Positions 49,308 through 59,289 of a stretch of DNA of 64,000 nucleotides are shown one piece after another (the first letter of the stretch is position 1; every line of letters starts with the position of its first letter). The stretch is from an uncultured Rikenellaceae bacterium. Lineage in GTDB: Bacteria; Bacteroidota; Bacteroidia; Bacteroidales; VadinHA17. A program made the translations under genes and the position numbers. The stretch is from contig CAZHRV010000144.1 in NCBI GenBank assembly GCA_964535035.1, positions 3,974 through 67,973 of the forward strand. Direction: 5' to 3'. The notes under the pieces are model-generated. The model had not been told where the DNA came from. It searched no databases and worked only from the letters and a program-made list of their open reading frames with translations.

Positions 49308-49745
49308 ATGGAGAAAAGCAAATTATATTCAGTAATTTACTCCATCTATAAAGGAAAAACTAACAATACCTTTCATCAATTAATAAGATACACTTTTGTG
49401 GGAGGGCTTGCCTTTATTATTGATTTCAGCACCTTGTTCTTTCTTACAAATTATCTAAACCTTTATTACTTAATATCTGCCGGGATCGCCTTTCTGCTGG
49501 GGCTTACAACTAATTATTTACTTAGCATCAGTTGGGTTTTTGCCAGGAGAACTGTTGAGAACCGTAAGCTGGAATTCATGCTGTTCATGCTTATTGGTAT
49601 AATAGGATTGGCAATAAATGAACTATTCTTATGGTTCTTTACTGACATATTATTAATGTATTATCTTATATCAAAAATAATTACTACCTTTTTTATATAT
49701 CTCTGGAACTTTTTTGCCCGTAAATTCATACTCTTTAATAAATAA
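49308..49745 (+). CDS. GtrA-family small membrane protein (polyprenyl-phosphate-sugar translocase-like)
   Basis: 145-aa ORF with four TM segments. QLIRYTFVGGLAFIIDFSTLFFL and the C-terminal NFFARKFILF are typical of GtrA. Confidence 0.8.
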   Translation: MEKSKLYSVIYSIYKGKTNNTFHQLIRYTFVGGLAFIIDFSTLFFLTNYLNLYYLISAGIAFLLGLTTNYLLSISWVFARRTVENRKLEFMLFMLIGIIGLAINELFLWFFTDILLMYYLISKIITTFFIYLWNFFARKFILFNK

Positions 49746-49757
49746 TACAATCTGTTG

Positions 49758-51353
49758 ATGGCGAGTAAACAAGCAATTATAATAGGAGCAGGTCCGGCAG
49801 GATTAACGGCTGCCTATGAAATTATTACCAGAACAGATATAAAACCTGTTATTATTGAAAAAACAAATGATATAGGAGGCATTTCGAAGACAGTTGTCTA
49901 TAAAGGGAACCGTATAGATATAGGGGGGCACAGGTTTTTTTCGAAATCCAGTATTATAATGAATTGGTGGCAGAATATTCTTCCCCTGCAAGGTTCATAT
50001 TCAAAAGATGAGATTCTTAAAAAGAAGTACTATCATAAATCCAGGACTCCAAAAGGATTAGTTCCCGGAGGTCCCGATCCGGAAAAAACCGACATTGTAA
50101 TGCTTATCAGGGACAGATTATCACGGATATTTTTTATCGGAAAATTGTTTGATTACCCGGTATCATTAACCTGGAAAACTATTTCAAATCTGGGATTTGC
50201 CAGAATAATAAGAATAACCTGGTCATATATGCTGATCAAAATCTTCCCTGTGAAAGAAATTAAATCACTTGAAGATTTCTTTATTAGCAGGTTTGGGAAA
50301 GAACTATACAGAACATTCTTTAAAGATTACACCGAAAAGGTATGGGGTGTTCCTTGTTCTGAAATACCAGCCTCATGGGGATCGCAAAGAGTAAAGGAGT
50401 TATCTGCATCACGCGCCATCTATCATGCTATAAATATGATTTTCACCCGCCAGAAATCAATTGAACAAAAGAATACTGATACAAGCCTTATTGAACAGTA
50501 CATGTATCCAAAACTTGGACCGGGACAAATGTGGGAGACAGTCGCAAAAATAATAGAAGAAAAAGGAGGCACAATAATACTGAACTCTGAAGTTGTGCGA
50601 CTGAACCTTTCCGGGAACCAGATAAGTGAACTGGTTTATATAAATACTAAAACCGGATCAACATACTCACTGACAGGAGATTATTTCTTTTCTTCCATGC
50701 CGGTTAAAGATCTCATCAACGCAATGGGTGATGAAATTCCTTCAGAAGTGAAAGAAACAGGTGATGGTCTTAAGTACAGGGATTTTATTATGGTTGGATT
50801 GTTGTTATACAGACTTAAGATTAGAAATGAAACAAATATCATCACTCTTAATGATCTGGTTCCAGATAACTGGATCTATATTCAGGAAAAAGGTGTGAAA
50901 GCAGGCAGGCTTCAGATTTTTAATAACTGGTCACCTTATATGATTGCCGACATTAATAAAGTATGGATTGGTCTTGAATATTTTTGCAGCGAGGGAGATG
51001 AATTATGGGAGAAGAAGGATAATGATTTTATAATCTTTGCAACAGATGAACTGCATAGCATCGGTGTTATTGATAAAAATGAGGTCATTGACAGTATGAT
51101 TGTCAGAATGCCCAAAGCATATCCAGCTTATCTGGGTACATATTCACGATTCAAGATCATCAGGGATTTCACAGATAAGCTTACGAATCTTTTTTTGATC
51201 GGGAGGAATGGAATGCATAAGTACAACAACCAGGATCATTCCATGCTTACTGCAATTACTGCAGTTAACAATATTATCACAAATGAAACATCCAGGGAAA
51301 ACATCTGGGATATTAATACCGAAGATTTTTACCATGAAGAAAAGCATGATTAA
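49758..51353 (+). CDS. FAD/NAD(P)-binding oxidoreductase (amine-oxidase / UDP-galactopyranose-mutase-like fold)
   Basis: ORF 49755..51353 (TTG), with ATG at 49758. Rossmann motif [22 protein letters not shown] and [10 protein letters not shown]. Fold-level call only. Confidence 0.7.
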   Translation: MASKQAIIIGAGPAGLTAAYEIITRTDIKPVIIEKTNDIGGISKTVVYKGNRIDIGGHRFFSKSSIIMNWWQNILPLQGSYSKDEILKKKYYHKSRTPKGLVPGGPDPEKTDIVMLIRDRLSRIFFIGKLFDYPVSLTWKTISNLGFARIIRITWSYMLIKIFPVKEIKSLEDFFISRFGKELYRTFFKDYTEKVWGVPCSEIPASWGSQRVKELSASRAIYHAINMIFTRQKSIEQKNTDTSLIEQYMYPKLGPGQMWETVAKIIEEKGGTIILNSEVVRLNLSGNQISELVYINTKTGSTYSLTGDYFFSSMPVKDLINAMGDEIPSEVKETGDGLKYRDFIMVGLLLYRLKIRNETNIITLNDLVPDNWIYIQEKGVKAGRLQIFNNWSPYMIADINKVWIGLEYFCSEGDELWEKKDNDFIIFATDELHSIGVIDKNEVIDSMIVRMPKAYPAYLGTYSRFKIIRDFTDKLTNLFLIGRNGMHKYNNQDHSMLTAITAVNNIITNETSRENIWDINTEDFYHEEKHD

Positions 51354-52857
51354 ACAACAGGATTGTAATGAATCATTTAGGAGATACATGCTCAGGAAAG
51401 AGAATCTATATCAACTGATACTCTTTTTCGTATTGTATGGAATCCTGTACGGTTTAATGATTTATTTATATCCTTATCCGGCAAGTATATCTGATTCAGG
51501 CGCTTATATCAATGCTGCCGTCAAAGACAGAATTGATACTTTCAGACCTTTCGGCTATTCCCGGTTCCTGATTATTATACACGGATTGTCTTCTTCAATT
51601 CATCTCCTGGTATTCATTCAATATTTTTTATGTACGATCAGTACTATGTTTTTTGTTTTTACAATTAAGTTCTTTTTTCTGCCCAGGAATACAATTCTGT
51701 ATTATTTATTTGCCCTGTTCGCTATATTCTCCCCATTGGTTATCTATCTTACAAATTCAGTATTAAGTGATTCACTTTTTACTACATTAACAATACTTTG
51801 GTTCACCTCCGCGATATGGATGCTCTATTGTAGCAAAACACTGAACAGATTGGTTTTCAGTATAATTAATATAATCTTGCTTCTTCTCCTTATTAATGTC
51901 AGATATACCGGATTGGTTTTTTTACCTGTCACAATGTTATTTGTCTACCTGTCATTATTCAGAAGAAATATTTTAATATGTATTGCCCTGATGATAACAC
52001 CGATATTGCTTGTTTTTAATTATTACAAGGAGCAGAAGGTAAAAATAAACAAACTTGTACATGTCAATACTTTTTCGGGTTTCAGCGGATGGCAGCTGGC
52101 AAATAATGCATTGCATATTGTACCTTATATCAAGCTTGATCCATCTGAATTTAAGGATGAAGAAGTGAAAAGATTTGCAGAATTTATTGTACAACAGGAT
52201 ACCTTACTGGTTTTAAAAGTGAAACCATCGGCTAAATTCATGTGGAACAATGAAATGCCATTAAAGAAATATCACTTTTATGAAATGCAGAGACGGAACA
52301 GAATTTACCTTTATATGTGGAACTATCTGGGAGAAAATGTATACAGTAAATTCGGATCGTATGTGATAAGAAAACACCCTCTGTTATTTATCAGGTACTA
52401 TCTCCTGCCTAATTGCCGATTGATATTATATCCGACTCAGGACCAGATCATAAAAAGCTTTAAAACTGACGGGATACCCGATGATCTGTTGAAAAAATGG
52501 TTCGAATTTGATGAAACGGAAAAAGTATACAGCAGAAGCAAAATATTTGAAAAGCTATTCTTCATCATCCCTGTATCAAGGCTGATAATATGGATAATGG
52601 TAATTGCGGCAATCCTCATATACCTGATAAAACGAAAACGAATCAAATGGCAATCCTGGCAGGAGACCCTGTTCCGGATGTCATGGATCTTCCTGGCAAT
52701 ATATTATGCTTTCAGTGCCTATGCAGGACCATTTGAACTACGTTATATTGCACCAGTTCATCTGATACAGGTTTCTACAATTTATATTTTAATAAATAAC
52801 AGTATATTAGGAATCAGGAAATCCGGAAATAATAATGAAGGTATGGAGAAAGGTTAA
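51334..52857 (+). CDS. Polytopic membrane protein, possibly a GT-C-type glycosyltransferase
   Basis: ORF 51208..52857. Plausible starts are ATG 51334 or 51346, overlapping the flavoprotein stop by 20 or 8 nt. At least 9 hydrophobic segments. The first predicted loop [12 protein letters not shown] loosely recalls the D-E-x-x-Y loop-1 motif of ArnT/PMT-type GT-C enzymes. The region is very AT-rich. Confidence 0.55.
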   Translation: MKKSMIKQQDCNESFRRYMLRKENLYQLILFFVLYGILYGLMIYLYPYPASISDSGAYINAAVKDRIDTFRPFGYSRFLIIIHGLSSSIHLLVFIQYFLCTISTMFFVFTIKFFFLPRNTILYYLFALFAIFSPLVIYLTNSVLSDSLFTTLTILWFTSAIWMLYCSKTLNRLVFSIINIILLLLLINVRYTGLVFLPVTMLFVYLSLFRRNILICIALMITPILLVFNYYKEQKVKINKLVHVNTFSGFSGWQLANNALHIVPYIKLDPSEFKDEEVKRFAEFIVQQDTLLVLKVKPSAKFMWNNEMPLKKYHFYEMQRRNRIYLYMWNYLGENVYSKFGSYVIRKHPLLFIRYYLLPNCRLILYPTQDQIIKSFKTDGIPDDLLKKWFEFDETEKVYSRSKIFEKLFFIIPVSRLIIWIMVIAAILIYLIKRKRIKWQSWQETLFRMSWIFLAIYYAFSAYAGPFELRYIAPVHLIQVSTIYILINNSILGIRKSGNNNEGMEKG

Positions 52858-52921
52858 AAATAATTATGACGGAATCGCATTAATAAGAAAATTGAATTAA
52901 AGTGTAATTAAATAAACTGAC

Positions 52922-55384
52922 GTGAACCTTATTTCATCAGATATTGCAAAAATTATCAATGGAAGACTGACAGGGGATCCGAATCTTGAAGTAAATGATA
53001 TTCTTACCGACAGCCGCCGGTTCAGCTTTACGGAAGGCATGGCTTTCTTCGCGATTTGCGGGAAAAATCATGACGGTCATTCTTTTGTCAATGCCCTTTA
53101 CAAAAAAGGAGTGAGGACTTTTATTGTTGAAAGGTTACCGGATAACATGGGATCTTACGAAAACGCAGCCTTCATTCAGACAAAAAACACAATTGCCGCA
53201 CTCCAGCTTCTTGCAGCTCATCAAAGACGTAACTTTAAATCACCCGTTATTGCTGTTACAGGCAGTACAGGTAAGACTATTGTCAAGGAATGGCTTTCAG
53301 ATATTCTTGGGCTTTCCTCTCAGGTAATCAGAAGTCCCCGAAGTTACAATTCCCAGATCGGTGTTCCTTTGTCGGTATTGAAACTTGATGAAAAGTACAA
53401 ACTGGCAATTTTTGAAGCAGGTATATCTCAACCTGGCGAAATGGAGACTCTCAAAAGAGTTATTGAACCTGACATTGGAGTCATTACTAATATAGGCGAT
53501 GCCCATAGTGAGAACTTTCCTGACTTTATGACCAAAGCCGGGGAAAAGCTGAAGTTATTTGTAAATGTCTCGATGATAGTTTATTGCAGTGATTATAACA
53601 TTATCCGTGAGCTGTTATCAAAAGAAAATTTGTCAAGTGGAAAAAGAGTTGTTGACTGGTCATGTGAAAACCGGAATGCGGAGATATTTATTAAAAAGAA
53701 TCCTCTTCCCGATGGTACTACCGGTATCGAGGTGAGTTTCCGCGGCAATACTTATGATTTTATTATTCCTTTTAATGACCGTGCTTCAGTTGAAAATGCC
53801 ATGACTGTGACATCGGTTTGCCTGGCGCTGGAAACCGATACTGAAATTATCAGGAAGGGATTGAGCAGTCTTGTGCCGGTAGCCATGCGTATGGAAATGA
53901 AAGCAGGGATCAATAATTGCCAGCTTATCGAGGATTACTATAACTCTGATCCCGGCTCCCTGGGGATGGCAATAGAATACCTGAAGGGGCAGAGTAAGAT
54001 GAAGACAACCCTTATCCTTTCTGATTTTGTCCAGAGCGGACGGGATGAGAAGGATCTATATGGAGGAGTGGCGGAACTGGTCAGGAAAAAAAGAATAAAC
54101 CGGTTCATCGGCATAGGTCCCGGACTCGCAGGGAACAGCTCATTGTTTGATGGAGAGACTCAGTTTTTTTATTCTACCGATGAATTCATCCAGCGATTCA
54201 AACCCTCGATGTTCAGGAATGAGGTAATACTTCTCAAGGGTGCACGTAAATATGAATTCGAAAAGATAGGAAAACTACTTGAGCAAAAAGTACATCAGAC
54301 ACTTCTGGAGGTAAACCTTGATGCAATTGCACATAATCTCAACGAATTCCGCAGGTGCCTGGATCCCGGAACACGTATTATGGCAATGGTGAAAGCCTTT
54401 GCCTACGGAGCAGGTCCTGCTGAAATAGCAGGATTACTGGAGTACCATCGTGTCAGTTACCTTGCAGTAGCCTATACTGATGAGGGGGTTGAACTGAGAA
54501 ATGCAGGTGTTACCCTGCCGGTAATGGTGATGAATCCCGATCCATCATCTTTAGAGCAAATCATCAGATATGACCTTGAGCCCGAAATATATAGCTTTTC
54601 CTCTCTCGATGAATTCTCTGATAAAGCCTCCAGGCATGGACTTATCGGCTACCCGGTCCATATTAAAATTGATTCGGGAATGCACCGGCTTGGTTTTTTG
54701 CCCGATGATACTGACATGTTAATATCATGTATCAGATCTGCGGAATCCATTAAGATAATGTCAGTATTATCTCATTTTGCTGCGAGTGAAGATCCCGGGT
54801 TTGACGAGTTCACTCACAGACAGGCAGAGATATTCATTAAAGTGGCTGAAAAGATAAGGGAGGCAGCAGGATACCCCTTCCTTCGGCATATTTGTAATTC
54901 ATCAGGGATAACCCGCTTCCCCCAATATCAGTATGACATGGTAAGACCGGGTATAGGATTATATGGTGCCGGTTTTTTCGGGAGCTTAACGCTTAAGCCT
55001 GCAGGACGCTTTAAAACAAGGATATCGCAGATCAAAAAGGTTCCGGCAGGAGAACCTGTGGGTTACGGATGTGCAGATGTGTCAGATAATGAACGGATTA
55101 TCGCGATTCTTCCGGTTGGATATGCCGACGGACTCAACAGGAAACTTGGAAACAGTAATGGATCGTTGTTCATCAAAGGTAGCAGGGTCCCTATAACAGG
55201 CAATATCTGTATGGATATGTGTATGACTGACATAACAGGGATTGAAGCAAAGGAGGGTGATGAAGCAGAGATATTCGGCGAGAATATTACAATCGATGAA
55301 ATGGCGGAAAAATGCCAGACTATACCTTATGAGATTTTAACTTCGATTCCAGGAAGGGTAAAAAGAGTTTTTTTCAGGGAATAA
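52922..55384 (+). CDS. Bifunctional UDP-MurNAc-tripeptide--D-alanyl-D-alanine ligase (MurF) / alanine racemase (Alr) fusion
   Basis: 820-aa ORF with a GTG start. The N-terminal half has the Mur ligase P-loop AVTGSTGKT. The C-terminal half has the PLP-lysine motif AMVKAFAYGAG, RPGIGLYG and a GYADG racemase signature. Confidence 0.88.
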   Translation: MNLISSDIAKIINGRLTGDPNLEVNDILTDSRRFSFTEGMAFFAICGKNHDGHSFVNALYKKGVRTFIVERLPDNMGSYENAAFIQTKNTIAALQLLAAHQRRNFKSPVIAVTGSTGKTIVKEWLSDILGLSSQVIRSPRSYNSQIGVPLSVLKLDEKYKLAIFEAGISQPGEMETLKRVIEPDIGVITNIGDAHSENFPDFMTKAGEKLKLFVNVSMIVYCSDYNIIRELLSKENLSSGKRVVDWSCENRNAEIFIKKNPLPDGTTGIEVSFRGNTYDFIIPFNDRASVENAMTVTSVCLALETDTEIIRKGLSSLVPVAMRMEMKAGINNCQLIEDYYNSDPGSLGMAIEYLKGQSKMKTTLILSDFVQSGRDEKDLYGGVAELVRKKRINRFIGIGPGLAGNSSLFDGETQFFYSTDEFIQRFKPSMFRNEVILLKGARKYEFEKIGKLLEQKVHQTLLEVNLDAIAHNLNEFRRCLDPGTRIMAMVKAFAYGAGPAEIAGLLEYHRVSYLAVAYTDEGVELRNAGVTLPVMVMNPDPSSLEQIIRYDLEPEIYSFSSLDEFSDKASRHGLIGYPVHIKIDSGMHRLGFLPDDTDMLISCIRSAESIKIMSVLSHFAASEDPGFDEFTHRQAEIFIKVAEKIREAAGYPFLRHICNSSGITRFPQYQYDMVRPGIGLYGAGFFGSLTLKPAGRFKTRISQIKKVPAGEPVGYGCADVSDNERIIAILPVGYADGLNRKLGNSNGSLFIKGSRVPITGNICMDMCMTDITGIEAKEGDEAEIFGENITIDEMAEKCQTIPYEILTSIPGRVKRVFFRE

Positions 55385-55417
55385 CCAGAATCAATAACAC
55401 ATAGTTTTTTAATAGTG

Positions 55418-57070
55418 TCAGTATTTGGCCACTATAGGCATTCTCCTTCCCGTTCCGAATGACTTGGAGGATATCCTTAGAACGGGGGGTGCCTGGGATC
55501 TCTTATATTCATTACTGTTGATCATACTGATCACTCTCTCCACAGTGTGTTTATCGAAACCCTCACCCGTTATGCGTTCCACAGGTTTTTGTAATTCTAT
55601 ATACTGGTACAATATAGAGTCAAGTATTTTATAATCAGGCATTGAGTCTGTGTCAAGCTGGTTTGGTCTCAGCTCTGCGGAGGGCAGTTTGGTAATTATA
55701 TTAGCAGGAATTATTTCAGTATTTCTGTTTATATATCCGGCAAGCCTGTAAATGTCTGTTTTATAAACATCTCCCAGTACAGATAGTCCTCCTGCCATGT
55801 CGCCGTAAAGGGTGCCGTAGCCAACAGCTGCCTCGCTCTTGTTTGATGTATTCAGCAAGATGCATCCGAACTTATTTGACACAGCCATCAGCAGAAGGGC
55901 TCTTATTCTGGCCTGGATATTCTCCTCTGTCACGTCAGCTTTTTTGCCGCGGAACAGAGGTTTGAGATCTTCTTCAAATACACTGAAAGGTTTTTCAATG
56001 CTAACGATATCATACTGAATCCTTAGCCTTTTAGCCAGATCAACAGCATCAATCACAGAATGTTCTGATGAGTAACGTGAAGGCATCAATAATGCTCTTA
56101 TATTTTCATTCCCGAGTGCCTCTACGGCAAGGCAAAGGCATAATGCCGAATCAATTCCCCCTGACAGGCCAATGATGCACGAGCTGAAATTTGTTTTGGT
56201 AAAATAGTCACGGATACCGGTTACAAGGGCCTTATAGATAAGTTCAACAACCTGTGGCTTCTCCGGTTCAGAAGATACAGCCCCCTCGCAAATATCTTCT
56301 GTTGTGAAGGTTTCGACAGCCTCCTGAAAGAAAGGCAGTCTTTTGCAGATATCGCCCTTACTGTTTATTATCATGGAGGCTCCGTCAAATATCAGCTCCG
56401 TGTTGGCCCCTGTCTGGTTTACCGTTATAAGAGGTATTTTATGCCTTGCAGCCTTCCCTTTAAAAATATCCTCCTTAATATCTGTCTTGGTATATGAAAA
56501 GGGGGATGCCGATATGTTTATGATAATATCAGGATTATATTTTGCGAGTTCATCCATCGGGGAGATGGTGTAAAGACGTTTTTTCTCAAACTCATTATCA
56601 AATGACTGTTCATCCCACAGGTCTTCACAGATGGTCAGGGCGATCTTTAATCCCTTGAATAAGAATGTATTAAAGCTTGCTCCGGGTTCAAAGTACCTAT
56701 ATTCATCAAAAATATCATATGTAGGAAGGAGCGCCTTATTTGCAGAAAAAATGATCTTTCCCTCCGAAAGCACAAGTGCCGAATTATATAGCTTCTTACC
56801 ATTCCGGTTATTATTTATTACCGGAGATCCTACAATAGCAGTAATTCCCCGGCATTCTTCAGAAATCTCTCTAACACTCGTGTTGCATTTTTCGATAAAA
56901 TCGATCCTGTCAAGCAGATCAAGAGGCGGGTAACCTGGTATGCAAAGCTCAGAGAACACTACAAGATCAGCGCCTTCACTTTTTGCTTTATGTATGGCGC
57001 TGCATATCAGATCCCTGTTTGCGGCAAAATTGCCAATATGATAATTCAGCTGTGCAACGGTTATCTTCAT
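55418..57070 (-). CDS. nadE: Glutamine-dependent NAD+ synthetase
   Basis: 550-aa ORF with an N-terminal CN-hydrolase domain (VFSELCIPGYPP, ICEDLW) and a C-terminal synthetase domain with GLSGGIDSAL. Confidence 0.92.
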   Translation of the reverse strand: MKITVAQLNYHIGNFAANRDLICSAIHKAKSEGADLVVFSELCIPGYPPLDLLDRIDFIEKCNTSVREISEECRGITAIVGSPVINNNRNGKKLYNSALVLSEGKIIFSANKALLPTYDIFDEYRYFEPGASFNTFLFKGLKIALTICEDLWDEQSFDNEFEKKRLYTISPMDELAKYNPDIIINISASPFSYTKTDIKEDIFKGKAARHKIPLITVNQTGANTELIFDGASMIINSKGDICKRLPFFQEAVETFTTEDICEGAVSSEPEKPQVVELIYKALVTGIRDYFTKTNFSSCIIGLSGGIDSALCLCLAVEALGNENIRALLMPSRYSSEHSVIDAVDLAKRLRIQYDIVSIEKPFSVFEEDLKPLFRGKKADVTEENIQARIRALLLMAVSNKFGCILLNTSNKSEAAVGYGTLYGDMAGGLSVLGDVYKTDIYRLAGYINRNTEIIPANIITKLPSAELRPNQLDTDSMPDYKILDSILYQYIELQKPVERITGEGFDKHTVERVISMINSNEYKRSQAPPVLRISSKSFGTGRRMPIVAKY

Positions 57071-57080
57071 ATTGTATTAG

Positions 57081-57788
57081 TTAGAAGTTGATCCCAAGCC
57101 TGACTGATATCATTTTATGAGTTATTTTATCCTCAGGCTGTATACCGTTATCTTTTGTAATATCAAGGAAGTTGTTCTCGAAACCGAGTCCGATTACGGC
57201 AGCAGTATTACCTCCAAGTGAGTATTCAATACCTGCAATAATATGGTATGACAGGTTAAACATCTTGAGTTCCGACATTGCTTTTTCACCGTCAATATCG
57301 AGTGCCGGGACGTTCATCTTTCCGCTAACCATTACTTTAGGATCTACACCTACATCGGAGAAGAAGGTAAGATAACCAATCTGGTTTGTCTTGAGTTTTA
57401 ATCCGAGTGGTACTTCAACGTATTGGATTTTATACAGAACTGCCTCATCCGGGGGAACCGTAATTAATCCATCTCCGGAGTCATAAGGTTCAAGCCTGGT
57501 GGTATCGCTGCAGGTAAGCCTGCCGGCAGCACTGATCAGGTTCACTCCTGTGGAAAAGGAATAATTTGGAGTGAAAGATCTGTTGAATGTAAGTCCGAAA
57601 TTAATTCCGGGTCTTGCCCCGTCATTCTTAACCTCATTAATATCGGACCCGAACCAGCTTATCAGGGGGTCAAAATGTAATCCAATACTTATCCTTTGCT
57701 GGGCTTTAATATTCAGAGTAATAAAGAAAAAAAACAGCAGTAACAGAATGAATTCCTTGCTGGTAAATTTTCTCTTTTGTGATTCCAT
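57081..57788 (-). CDS. Small outer-membrane beta-barrel protein (OMP_b-brl_2 / PorT-like family)
   Basis: 235-aa ORF with a signal peptide, alternating amphipathic strands and a C-terminal ...SVRLGINF ending in Phe. Confidence 0.7.
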   Translation of the reverse strand: MESQKRKFTSKEFILLLLFFFFITLNIKAQQRISIGLHFDPLISWFGSDINEVKNDGARPGINFGLTFNRSFTPNYSFSTGVNLISAAGRLTCSDTTRLEPYDSGDGLITVPPDEAVLYKIQYVEVPLGLKLKTNQIGYLTFFSDVGVDPKVMVSGKMNVPALDIDGEKAMSELKMFNLSYHIIAGIEYSLGGNTAAVIGLGFENNFLDITKDNGIQPEDKITHKMISVRLGINF

Positions 57789-57926
57789 AATTTTCAGTGT
57801 TATTATATTAAATTAATCATCAGGGCAGTAAAAATAACAAATAATAATTGAAGTTATAAGTATAAGATAATAGTTGTTATAACAGTGAAAAGTATTTATT
57901 TTCGGGAACTTAATAAATTACATGTC

Positions 57927-58949
57927 ATGAGGGCAGGTTTAACAGGCACCGTAGTTGCAGTTTTTATCATTGCCGGATTATTATCCTGCAAAAGATATCC
58001 TTACAGGGTCAACATCTCTTCTGTTTCTGCCGACATTGAGATACATCGACTTGAAAAGGATCTCTTCTCAATCGATCCTGCTGAAATAGCCTCATCAATT
58101 CCTGCCCTTCGGAAAGAATATGACGGATTTCTTCAGTTGTTCAGCTATATAATCAATTCAGGCGATATTGATAATCCTTCATTTGCTGATCTTCTGGCAG
58201 GATTTTGCACCGATAAGCTAAATTATGAGGTTTATCAGTCTGTAATGGAAGAGTATCCTGATATCACTGTACTTGAAGATGATCTTGAGAAGGCCTTCCG
58301 TCATTATAAGTGGTATTTTCCAGGTAAAGAGATCCCTGCAGTTTATACCTGCATTACAGGGTTTAACAACAGCCTGATTATAGGTGATTCGGTTATTGGC
58401 ATCGGGCTTGAAAGATATCTCGGAAGTGACTGCGAATATTATCCCCGGCTTCAGATCTACAGGTATATAGCCGCCAGAATGAATTCGTGGAATATTGTAC
58501 CCGACTGCATGTATGGATGGGCCTCCTCGGAATGGGATTATACTTCTATGGGGTATCCTGCTGATGATGTCATGGCCAGCATAATGCACGGGGGTAAGCT
58601 TAAATACTTTGAAAAAAGTATGATGCCCGATATCAATGATACAGTGCTCTTTGGGTTTTCGGCGGATCAGATGAAATTCTGCAGGAATAATGAAAGACAG
58701 ATGTGGTATTATCTTATTGAGCATGACCTTCTTTTCAGTACCGATCAGTTTACTATCAGGAAACTTACAGGGGAGGCACCCTTTACAACTTTTTTTACCG
58801 GTGAATCGCCGGGCAGAGCAGCAGTCTGGCTTGGATTCAGGATCGTTGAATCTTATATGATGAGAAACAGCCGGATTTCTCTTGATGAAATGATGGATAA
58901 TACTGATATTCAGGGTATTCTGGAGGCTGCAAAATATGATCCGAAATAA
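57927..58949 (+). CDS. gldB: Gliding-motility lipoprotein GldB-like
   Basis: ORF 57885..58949 (GTG). ATG 57927 gives MRAGLTGTVVAVFIIAGLLSCK with a lipobox. The segment VIGIGLERYLGSDCEYYP resembles the GldB family as I recall it. The assignment is unverified. Confidence 0.55.
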   Translation: MRAGLTGTVVAVFIIAGLLSCKRYPYRVNISSVSADIEIHRLEKDLFSIDPAEIASSIPALRKEYDGFLQLFSYIINSGDIDNPSFADLLAGFCTDKLNYEVYQSVMEEYPDITVLEDDLEKAFRHYKWYFPGKEIPAVYTCITGFNNSLIIGDSVIGIGLERYLGSDCEYYPRLQIYRYIAARMNSWNIVPDCMYGWASSEWDYTSMGYPADDVMASIMHGGKLKYFEKSMMPDINDTVLFGFSADQMKFCRNNERQMWYYLIEHDLLFSTDQFTIRKLTGEAPFTTFFTGESPGRAAVWLGFRIVESYMMRNSRISLDEMMDNTDIQGILEAAKYDPK

Positions 58950-58953
58950 AAAA

Positions 58954-58972
58954 GGCCGTTGTTGAAACGGCC
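58954..58972. terminator. Bidirectional intrinsic terminator between the gldB-like gene and the ferredoxin gene
   Basis: GGCCGTT-gttga-AACGGCC is a 7-bp GC-rich stem. An A-run precedes it (a U-run on the minus-strand transcript) and a T-run follows 6 nt downstream on the plus strand. Confidence 0.5.
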
Positions 58973-58993
58973 TGAGACTTTTTTTTGATTACA

Positions 58994-59164
58994 TTACTCT
59001 GCGGGGTGAATTGCCTCAACAGGGCAGACATCTGCACAAGCACCGCAATCGGTACAAAGATCCGGATCTATCTTATAGATGTCGCCTTCAGAGATAGCTT
59101 CAACTGGACACTCATCAATACATGTTCCGCATGCAGTGCAATCTTCGTTGATTTTGTAAGCCAT
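58994..59164 (-). CDS. 2x[4Fe-4S] bacterial-type ferredoxin
   Basis: Absent from the ORF track because it is 56 aa. My minus-strand translation is MAYKINEDCTACGTCIDECPVEAISEGDIYKIDPDLCTDCGACADVCPVEAIHPAE, with two CxxCxxCxxxCP motifs. Confidence 0.9.
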   Translation of the reverse strand: MAYKINEDCTACGTCIDECPVEAISEGDIYKIDPDLCTDCGACADVCPVEAIHPAE

Positions 59165-59202
59165 GTTTTTTATTTTTAGTTTTATGAATTACAGTAATCG
59201 TA

Positions 59203-59210
59203 CAAAACTA
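59203..59210 (-). promoter_or_regulatory. -7 promoter box TAGTTTTG upstream of the ferredoxin gene
   Basis: The minus strand reads TAGTTTTG, about 39 nt upstream of the ferredoxin ATG. Confidence 0.4.
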
Positions 59211-59289
59211 CCCAAATTTTCTTAATTTAAAAAAAATCGAAAAGAAATACTCAAGAACCATGCCTCTTTTTTGAATTACTGTGAAGTCC

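Noticed and set aside
58218-58724. 168-aa antisense ORF inside the gldB-like gene
   Set aside because: It is a shadow ORF with no motifs and atypical composition.
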